The position numbers and the translations under genes were made by a program. 64,000 nucleotides of DNA from an uncultured Candidatus Saccharibacteria bacterium. GTDB taxonomy: Bacteria > Patescibacteriota > Minisyncoccia > Phycocordibacterales > JACOZG01. The notes beneath the pieces were generated by a model. That model saw nothing but the letters and a program-made list of their open reading frames with translations, was not told the origin of the DNA and ran no database searches. Positions 57,138 through 64,000 of the stretch are shown here, piece by piece; position 1 is the stretch's first letter, and each line of letters starts with the position of its first letter. The stretch covers positions 213,077 to 277,076 of the forward strand of contig CAZYXJ010000001.1 in NCBI GenBank assembly GCA_964651115.1, given 5' to 3'.

Positions 57138-57893
57138 CTAATTATTTAATATAAGCTCGTGCATGTAAATCATCCCTCTTTGGAGGTTGTTGATTGAATT
57201 GTGTAACCAGGTCGTTTGTACCTCATAACCAAGCTTTTCCCCAACAATTCTGGGATCAGTTAAGTCACCACCCAAACTGTAGGAAGGAATCGCAATCACA
57301 CCCTGAGGGTTAAGGTGCTCTTTCGCTTCAACCAGAAATCTCTCAAACAGCTCGGGCAGCATGAGCATGCTGGCAGAAATGGTATCACCTTCTGGAGACT
57401 TACCAGCAAAAAACGGGATCATCCAAGTTATTAGATCCGCTTTTTCGTCGATCTTTTCAAATAAGTCACCCTGGACGACAGAAGCAATCGCCTCAACATT
57501 AAATCTTTTTATATTCTCCTGCGTATTTTCCACAGCCGGAAGGGAAACATCAGACATAACGACTTTCTTGGCTCCATACTTGGCCATTATTACTCCCATT
57601 AGCCCAGTACCTGATCCTATTTCAATTGCAGTTTTATTAAAAAAGAGAGCATTGTGATAAAAAAGATAACGAGCGTGATAACGACCCGAAGCAATTAGAG
57701 GATTCCACACCCCCTTTTTGATCAGAAAGTTTTTCAGAGTGTCGTCCTCCCCGCTTACGTCGTAGTTTACTTCAAAATCTTCGTGTTGGTGTTTTTCCCA
57801 TTGGGTCAAAACCAGATTTCTCTGGTCTTGATTTAGCATCTTTAAGTTATCCTCTTGGAGAGTCGCTTCCCGCTTATCCATATGCCTTTTCAA
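57138..57893 (-). CDS. SAM-dependent methyltransferase (MTS/PrmA-like small-domain type)
   Basis: IEIGSGTGLMGVIMAKYG motif I; 251 aa; 3-nt gap to the downstream SBP gene. Confidence 0.6.
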   Translation of the reverse strand: MKRHMDKREATLQEDNLKMLNQDQRNLVLTQWEKHQHEDFEVNYDVSGEDDTLKNFLIKKGVWNPLIASGRYHARYLFYHNALFFNKTAIEIGSGTGLMGVIMAKYGAKKVVMSDVSLPAVENTQENIKRFNVEAIASVVQGDLFEKIDEKADLITWMIPFFAGKSPEGDTISASMLMLPELFERFLVEAKEHLNPQGVIAIPSYSLGGDLTDPRIVGEKLGYEVQTTWLHNSINNLQRGMIYMHELILNN

Positions 57894-57932
57894 CCAAACT
57901 ATACCTTATTCCTTGTATTGTTTCCAACGGTA

Positions 57933-59054
57933 TTAACGTAGTGATTTATAGCCGCCAGGTATACCATCTTTAGACAACACGATCTGCCACAGTTGGATAC
58001 TGCGAGCCCGAAAAGCTCCCGCACAGGCTAGCAAATAATAACGCCACATCCGTCGGAAGCGCTCAGAGTAATTTTGCTTGATCTGATCCCAACTGCGCTC
58101 AAAGTTTTGCTGCCAGGCCATTAGAGTCTTATCGTAATCAGAACCAAAATTGTGCCAATCTTCCATCACAAACAGGCCCTCAATCCCTCGGGCCATTTGG
58201 GCGACACTTGGCAAAACACCGTTAGGAAAAATGTACTTATCGATCCAAGGATCCGTTACCCTTGAGCCCACACTTTTACCGATCGTGTGGAGCAAAAAGA
58301 GTCCGCCATCTTTTAAGCAACGGCGGGCCACCTCAAAATAGCTGCGATAATTTTTATCACCCACATGCTCAAACATCCCCAACGACACAATCGCATCAAA
58401 CTGGCCGGTTAGATCACGATAGTCTTGCAATAAAATCTCGACCGGCAAACCCTGACACAACTCCATCCCAAGAGCCACCTGCTCCTTAGAAACAGTGACA
58501 CCAGTAACCCGCACCCCGTAACGCTCGGCCGCAAACTTGGCAAAGCTGCCCCAACCACAACCAATATCCAAAACGTGCATCCCGGGTTTAAGATTAAGCT
58601 TTTGGCAAACCAAATCTAATTTGGCCTCCTGCGCCTCATCGAGTGAGTTCGCCTGGCGCCAATAAGCACAAGTGTAGACCAAGCGTCGATCCAACATTTG
58701 GCGGTAAAGATCGTTGCCGGCATCGTAATGCTCCTCGCCCACCATAAAAGCCCGAGACTTTGATTGGCGGTTAAAAAGAGTGTTTATTAGATAAGAAAGG
58801 GCGAGTTGCCAACCCCCTCGAACTTGCTGGTGGAGTTTGGCGCGAAATATTTTATCGAAAAATTGATCCAGCTCCTGGGCGTCCCACCAACCATCCATAT
58901 AACTCTCTCCTAAAGCCAAGGAACCGCCGGCCAAAACCCGAGCGTAAAAACGTTCATCGTGGATCTGGATATCCCCCGGCGCGGCACCATTAATGGTAAC
59001 GCCAGCCTTGGCAAGCAGGTCAGTAATCAGCCGTTTAGCGGTTATAGTTGACAT
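57933..59054 (-). CDS. Cyclopropane-fatty-acyl-phospholipid synthase family methyltransferase (CFA synthase / mycolic-acid MTase-like)
   Basis: 373 aa; VLDIGCGWGSFAKFAAERYG motif I; C-terminal CMAS-family region. Confidence 0.75.
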   Translation of the reverse strand: MSTITAKRLITDLLAKAGVTINGAAPGDIQIHDERFYARVLAGGSLALGESYMDGWWDAQELDQFFDKIFRAKLHQQVRGGWQLALSYLINTLFNRQSKSRAFMVGEEHYDAGNDLYRQMLDRRLVYTCAYWRQANSLDEAQEAKLDLVCQKLNLKPGMHVLDIGCGWGSFAKFAAERYGVRVTGVTVSKEQVALGMELCQGLPVEILLQDYRDLTGQFDAIVSLGMFEHVGDKNYRSYFEVARRCLKDGGLFLLHTIGKSVGSRVTDPWIDKYIFPNGVLPSVAQMARGIEGLFVMEDWHNFGSDYDKTLMAWQQNFERSWDQIKQNYSERFRRMWRYYLLACAGAFRARSIQLWQIVLSKDGIPGGYKSLR

Positions 59055-59133
59055 CGTTTTAAACTATCATGAAGTTTTTCCAAACGCCAACCACCCGCCT
59101 CTCGGCGGGTGGTTGGGAATAAACCTTAATTTT

Positions 59134-60252
59134 TTACTGACTGATCGTCACCGGCTTGCCGTCTTTAATCATGCGCACTACGGCCTTAGAATTTACAACG
59201 CCATTATCATCTATTGTTAGGTCCTTACCAAGAGCACCATCAAACTTAGGAATATCGGCGATTGCATCACGGATCTCACTTCTGCTGGGCTTAACTTCTC
59301 CGTTGCCCGCAGACTCTGTGGCCATAACAATCAGGTTAAGAACATCGTAGGCGTTAGCAGCGCCAAACTTTGGTCCTTGGTCATAGCGTTTAGTATATAA
59401 GTCAACAAACCATTGAGTTGGATCAGCGCCATTGACGTACCACATCCCCTCAAACAGTGACAACTGATCAGAAAACTCAAAAGCTTCCATCGTTGTTACC
59501 GGTGTCGTGATTCCGGCCTCACGCATTTGTTTGGCAAGAATTTCCAATTCGGGCGTGGTTGCCTCAAGAACATAGATGTCGGCACCCGAGATTTTAAAAC
59601 CCTTATCGATAAGGGTTTTAAAATCTCGGGTGCCAGTGTTAAACTTCTGAGTCGAAAGCACTTGGATATTAGTATTTTTTATATCCTTCTCGAAGCTGTT
59701 AATGATTGCTGCTACCCCTTGGTTATCTTGCTGCGCAAAAAAGACAAGCTTTTTTATGCCTCTTTTTTGTAACTCTTGAATAAAGAGCCGCGAATCCTCA
59801 TACGGTGGTGTGTAGTGAACAAAGTTATACTCACCGTCAGCCACCTGAGAAGCCGAAGCAAAGTCATTAATATGAGGCACTCCATTTTTCTCGGCAATCG
59901 GACTAATCACACTGCCCACCGGCGACCCAAAAGATACCAAAACGTCTGCCTTATCAATGGCGATAAGCTTGTTCGCCACGGTCGCACCCAGAGCTGGCTT
60001 AAACTGATCGTCTTCAAAGATAAGTTTGTAGTTATATTTGAGATTTTTTGGCAATCCCTCCTGTGCCAAGGTAATTGCGTTTTTGGCACTTTGGCCAAGC
60101 ATGGCTACGTCTCCGGTCAACGGCAAACTAACGCCAACGATAACTGTTGGTCTCATCGCCTCTGGGACTTGAGAATCTTGCCTGGTCAAAACCAGGCCTA
60201 TCAGGACGATGATGACAAGACCAATAATGGTCCAAATTATTTTTTTATTCAT
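59134..60252 (-). CDS. PBP1/LivK-type substrate-binding protein, membrane-anchored (paralog 8)
   Basis: MNKKIIWTIIGLVIIVLIGLVLTRQDS anchor; PBP1 fold. Confidence 0.7.
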   Translation of the reverse strand: MNKKIIWTIIGLVIIVLIGLVLTRQDSQVPEAMRPTVIVGVSLPLTGDVAMLGQSAKNAITLAQEGLPKNLKYNYKLIFEDDQFKPALGATVANKLIAIDKADVLVSFGSPVGSVISPIAEKNGVPHINDFASASQVADGEYNFVHYTPPYEDSRLFIQELQKRGIKKLVFFAQQDNQGVAAIINSFEKDIKNTNIQVLSTQKFNTGTRDFKTLIDKGFKISGADIYVLEATTPELEILAKQMREAGITTPVTTMEAFEFSDQLSLFEGMWYVNGADPTQWFVDLYTKRYDQGPKFGAANAYDVLNLIVMATESAGNGEVKPSRSEIRDAIADIPKFDGALGKDLTIDDNGVVNSKAVVRMIKDGKPVTISQ

Positions 60253-60421
60253 ATATGATTATAAATATATCTTATATCCACTCAAGCATAAACTAGATTT
60301 TTCTCTTGTCATTAATAATTATCTAATTGCCACAGGAAATATGGCCTTAACTAAAGGTTTTTTAACTTATTAATTTTTTTGTTCGTTAAAAGTGACAAAT
60401 GTTTAAATACGTGTTAGAGTT

Positions 60422-61222
60422 ATGGTTATGATAAATAGCCAAGTAACTAACCAGTTAAAGGACACTGGTCTAAGCGAGAAAGCAGCCTTAGTTTATACCA
60501 CCTTACTTAAACTTGGTGGGGCCTACCCTTCTAGCCTCGCAGCCGCCACCAAGCTTAACCGTAGTACCGTTTATAAACTTCTCCTAGATCTATCAATAAA
60601 AGGATTGGTCACCGAGGTTGAACGAGGCAAAAAACTTTACTACCAAGCTGAAAAACCTGAAAAATTACTTAGGTTTGCAAAAAATCAAGCCGATTTAGCC
60701 AAAGGGGCTTACGACCAGATTCGACAACTAATACCAGAGCTCGAAACGATTTTTGCTTCCAATCCCAACAAACCGGTAATCCGCTACTTCCAAGACAAGG
60801 CCGGCATTGCTTCTATCTACGAAGAAATGGTATCTGAAAAAAAATATGAAATGGTCTCTTTTTCCCACGGAGAAGCTTTTAAGAATTACCTGCCCACTGC
60901 GGCACTAAGGAAATTTGTGCGCGCAAAAGAGCGCAATGGCATCACCACCCGAGCGATTGCTCCAGACACGGAGGAAAACCGAAAATATACCACTGCCGTT
61001 TTTGAGGGTATCAAGAAAGACTTCTGGCTAGAGATCCGTTATGTTCCTAACGAATTTTTTCCTTTCGAGGCGGAAATTACGCTTTATGGAAACTCGAAGC
61101 TGGCGCTAACAAAACTGCGCGGCGACAAGTTAATCGGTGTTGTTATCGACGAAAAATTGATTCATGACATGTTCAAAATGATTTTTGAACTAGTCTGGCG
61201 CTCAGATCAAGTTAAGAAATAA
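60422..61222 (+). CDS. TrmB-family winged-helix transcriptional regulator
   Basis: N-terminal TrmB-like HTH (GLSEKAALVYTTLLKLGGAYPSSLAAATKLNRSTVYKLLLDLSIKGLV); it is a paralog of the 53379 regulator. Divergent from the SBP array. Confidence 0.6.
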   Translation: MVMINSQVTNQLKDTGLSEKAALVYTTLLKLGGAYPSSLAAATKLNRSTVYKLLLDLSIKGLVTEVERGKKLYYQAEKPEKLLRFAKNQADLAKGAYDQIRQLIPELETIFASNPNKPVIRYFQDKAGIASIYEEMVSEKKYEMVSFSHGEAFKNYLPTAALRKFVRAKERNGITTRAIAPDTEENRKYTTAVFEGIKKDFWLEIRYVPNEFFPFEAEITLYGNSKLALTKLRGDKLIGVVIDEKLIHDMFKMIFELVWRSDQVKK

Positions 61223-61434
61223 CCGCCCATGCGGAGACTTCAGAAACAAAGTTCTGGGAATCACCAGAGATGCCAAGATTCGGCCAGACAAACTCGACGC
61301 TAGAGGTTATATGAAATACTTTCTTGAGAAAGGAGCAACTCGAGGGAAACAAAAACTGATACAGTAGTTTATAAGTCGATTATTACTTATCAATAAAAGA
61401 GTCACAGTCGCCGGTAATGCTCTGGAGAGTTTTC

Positions 61435-61496
61435 GCTCCCTCAACACGCGATACTCCTCGGGAGTTAAACGTTTTTTGATTTCTTGTTCGTCCATA
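61435..61496 (-). pseudogene. Duplicated 5' fragment of msrB (first 20 codons + 1 nt), 10 nt downstream of msrA
   Basis: The 62 bp at 61435-61496 are identical to 43438-43499. The ORF-track peptide MDEQEIKKRLTPEEYRVLRE is identical to the MsrB N-terminus and then diverges into nonsense. Confidence 0.8.
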
Positions 61497-61505
61497 GTGA
61501 ATAAA

Positions 61506-62045
61506 TTATTTTAGCAAAGCGGCAAAACGCGCCTGCAACTTTTCTAACTTAGGCGCGATCACGAGCCGACAATAATCCTGGTCGGAATGACGCTCGTAAT
61601 ACTCCCGATGATAATCCTCCGCTTCGTAGAATTGCTGAAGCGGAACGACCTCGGTGACGACCGGGTCAGGAAAAGCATTGGCCCGGTTAAGCTCCTGGAC
61701 TAACGTCGCCGCCTCGGACTGCTCCGTCGCGTTGCCGTAAAAAATGGCAGAGCGGTACTGCGAACCCACATCATTGCCCTGGCGATTAAGCGTTGTGGGA
61801 TCGTGAGTGTTAAAAAAGACAGCTAACAGGTCGGCGTAAGAGATCACCGCGGGATCATAACTAATCTTGATCGCCTCAGCGTGGCCAGTCTCGCCCGTGC
61901 TTACCTCGTCGTAGGTTGGATTTTCAGTCGTACCGCCAGCATAGCCCGGCACCACCGACCGCACACCATTGAGCCGCCGAAAAACCGCTTCTGTGCACCA
62001 AAAACAGCCATTAGCAAAAACCGCCGTTGCCAAATTTTCCATCAA
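61506..62045 (-). CDS. msrA: Peptide-methionine (S)-S-oxide reductase MsrA
   Basis: 179 aa with the catalytic GCFWC motif (FANGCFWCTEAVF). Confidence 0.9.
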   Translation of the reverse strand: MMENLATAVFANGCFWCTEAVFRRLNGVRSVVPGYAGGTTENPTYDEVSTGETGHAEAIKISYDPAVISYADLLAVFFNTHDPTTLNRQGNDVGSQYRSAIFYGNATEQSEAATLVQELNRANAFPDPVVTEVVPLQQFYEAEDYHREYYERHSDQDYCRLVIAPKLEKLQARFAALLK

Positions 62046-62100
62046 ATTAATTATAACACTGGCTACCCCTGCCGCCGCTCAGAGAATTTGAGGAACAGGT
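62046..62100 (-). promoter_or_regulatory. msrA promoter: extended -10 (TGtTATAAT) plus the GC-rich upstream element shared with msrB
   Basis: The 39 bp at 62048-62086 are 37/39 identical to the msrB upstream region. The minus strand reads TTCTCTGAGCGGCGGCAGGGGTAGCCAGTGTTATAATTAATTTG-ATG. Confidence 0.6.
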
Positions 62101-62545
62101 TGTTTAATTTTTTCTCGATAAGTCCTATCAAAAACATAACCGCATAGATCGATAAAATAAGAAACAACAAAACGGGCAACACCATAGTGCCAACAAACCC
62201 CAACATAAATAAAATCCCATATGAGATGGGGATTAATGGTTCAAATGGCCCAGAAAGCACAACAAAAACCGGGACATAAGAAAGGATGGATAAGCAAATT
62301 ATCGTCCTCACAACATCGGCAAAATATGGCCTCATCTTGTCTTTCAAGAATTCAATGAGGAGATAGTTCATCACCAGAAAAGCAACGACCATCCCCCAAG
62401 ACATTATTTTGTAATCAACTTGAACCTGCTCGAAAGCAGTAAAAACCGCCTGAAGAGTAACGGGGAAGAATAGGGTAATGGCCGCCAAAAATTGAAATTT
62501 ATAGCGAATAGACTCTACTGCCTTAGGGGAAGCTACTGTGATCAT
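62063..62545 (-). CDS. Small integral membrane protein (hypothetical)
   Basis: 160-aa ORF with several TM helices. Its 3' end overlaps the msrA promoter region, so the start and true extent are uncertain. Confidence 0.35.
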   Translation of the reverse strand: MITVASPKAVESIRYKFQFLAAITLFFPVTLQAVFTAFEQVQVDYKIMSWGMVVAFLVMNYLLIEFLKDKMRPYFADVVRTIICLSILSYVPVFVVLSGPFEPLIPISYGILFMLGFVGTMVLPVLLFLILSIYAVMFLIGLIEKKLNNLFLKFSERRQG

Positions 62546-62924
62546 GGCCCAACTATACTCTAATCCCGAAATACTACAAACGGAACTATGCGAAGTATCT
62601 ACTGACCGAAGGATCGATGTTTGAAAAGGGAGATCTGCTTAGTAATCTCAGAAGTAAAATTCGTGTTCGTAATAAGCTAGTCGAATCAAGTTCTGGCTGA
62701 AAACCTGTTACACTTTAATTCTCTGGAAAACAACCGCAAGTGTCTGTTAAGAGCATGGCTAGACTCTGCGAAAAAACCTCGTCAGAGCAGCATAAATACT
62801 GACCGAAGTTAAATAATTGAACCAAAGACTCATTTTCATTCTCGATAGGACCATCCTTTCGTTTTCCTTCGGTATAAAATATTCCCTTTTTTGGAGATAT
62901 GGACATGAATAGCCATATATCTTT

Positions 62925-63503
62925 TTGTCCAATTTCCCACCACGGCACGAAACGCAACAAATCTTGTCTCTCAAAATCCAAAAGTACAATTGGATTATCC
63001 GAGATCGCGAACTGGTCACTACTATCCTGCGGAATTTCAAGAACATGCAAATTTCCTCTGCGATATATCCGCTCTGCAAGATCACCTGCGGACTGTGCGG
63101 TTCGGGAGTGACAGCGGATGAAAAATTCAAAAAGCTCAAGGACGGAACGACAAACAGATACGTCTACTACGGATGCACAAAATTCAAGGACAAGAATTGC
63201 CAATGCGGATACCTACGAGAAGAAGACTTGATCGAACAATTGGCAAACGTACTCGACACCATCTCTCTCGACGAAATCGGAATGAAAGATAGGATCAAGA
63301 CAGAGATCGAATCGCACAACGAATTCCAAGAGTCTGTGCTTGGACGAGAGATAAAAGAAAAAGTGAAGATCAAAGAAGTGGATATTAGGAACTATGCGAA
63401 ACACATTTTGAGGAAGAGACCGATGTATGAAAAGCGGGAGTTGCTGAGTCACCTAAGAAGCAAGCTGATACTGAAAGAGAAGAAAGTTACTCTGCGGGGA
63501 TAA
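62925..63503 (+). pseudogene. Truncated large serine recombinase (C-terminal zinc-ribbon + coiled-coil portion only)
   Basis: ...CKITCGLCGSGVTADEKFKKLKDGTTNRYVYYGCTKFKDKNCQCGYLREEDLIEQLANVL... matches the recombinase zinc-beta-ribbon (C..CG...YY.C......C) and the following coiled-coil region. No intact resolvase catalytic domain lies upstream. Low-GC DNA. Confidence 0.5.
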
Positions 63504-63879
63504 TTTCTGGAGTAACAACTTCAGTATCCGTCGCCGACACAATTGCCTCCTGTGCAATTCTTGCCGCTTCTACCAAGTGACCATCTAGTACCTTGAACAC
63601 AGCAGGTAAATCTTCCTTATAGGTAGCTGTATAATTACCAACATGTAGAGTCTTCTCCTTCTCATGAAGGTTCAGTGCCTTTATAGTAACAGAATTTGTT
63701 TGCCAATAAGCAGCAAGCTTAACCTTATCCAAGACCTTAGTGAACTCATTAATATGTGGAATATAGTTGCGACCATCTTCTCTAGCTGACGCAAAAACAC
63801 TCGCAAAATTTCTCAGAAGATAGTTAGCAAAATGCTCAGCATTTTCTGGTATAGATAGGTCAAAGCAAACTCCAAACAA
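63487..63879 (-). CDS. Hypothetical protein in low-GC region
   Basis: 130-aa ORF with no motif recognised. Confidence 0.3.
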   Translation of the reverse strand: MFGVCFDLSIPENAEHFANYLLRNFASVFASAREDGRNYIPHINEFTKVLDKVKLAAYWQTNSVTIKALNLHEKEKTLHVGNYTATYKEDLPAVFKVLDGHLVEAARIAQEAIVSATDTEVVTPEIIPAE

Positions 63880-64000
63880 ATAATCGTTAATTGCTTCTGC
63901 TATGAGATGTTTATCCTCTTTACCTGATGGGTCATAATATCCACAACCAACCCCACTACTGATAAATGAATTCCCTAATTGATAGACGGTAAATCCTGTT

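Noticed and set aside
62715-63203. 162-aa minus-strand ORF overlapping the serine-recombinase fragment on the opposite strand
   Set aside because: It has no recognisable domain. The opposite-strand ORF carries a specific recombinase zinc-ribbon signature, so the antisense ORF is more likely spurious. In a decayed low-GC remnant neither may be expressed.

Overview
This 64-kb window looks like bacterial chromosome, mostly minus-strand, compact and fairly GC-rich. The split transketolase, the membrane-anchored solute-binding proteins and the DGR are consistent with a Patescibacteria/CPR-like or other monoderm lineage, but that is a guess. The backbone is housekeeping genes: prfA, rpmE, L25/Ctc, a D-2-hydroxyacid dehydrogenase, class II fructose-bisphosphate aldolase, a PfkB-family kinase, split transketolase (N and C halves), rpe, rpiB, gap, groES/groEL, secG, RNase J, a UvrD-like helicase-nuclease, YqeY, a pseudouridine synthase, TspO, msrA/msrB and a tRNA-Ser(GGA). 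Several accessory features sit on this backbone.

(1) A complete diversity-generating retroelement (DGR) lies between the dehydrogenase and aldolase genes. It has an RT with the DGR-type motif, a 122-bp TR/VR pair differing at 22 positions that are all adenines in the TR, a small C-terminally variable target protein, and a candidate Avd-like four-helix-bundle ORF on the opposite strand.

(2) A lower-GC island (~17.3-24.6 kb) sits next to tRNA-Ser. It carries a toxin/HTH-Panacea antitoxin pair, a single-chain MmeI-like Type IIL restriction-modification enzyme, a PEP-CTERM protein and an AlkD-like gene.

(3) An ~18-kb minus-strand array of eight paralogous PBP1/LivK-type membrane-anchored solute-binding proteins is interleaved with four SAM methyltransferases, one livFGHM transporter and two TrmB-like regulators.

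(4) That array is flanked by a segmental duplication of an ancestral promoter-msrA-msrB operon. The two copies have lost different genes and keep a shared 39-bp promoter element.

(5) A truncated large-serine-recombinase remnant in low-GC DNA lies at the right edge.

No CRISPR array and no rRNA gene was found.
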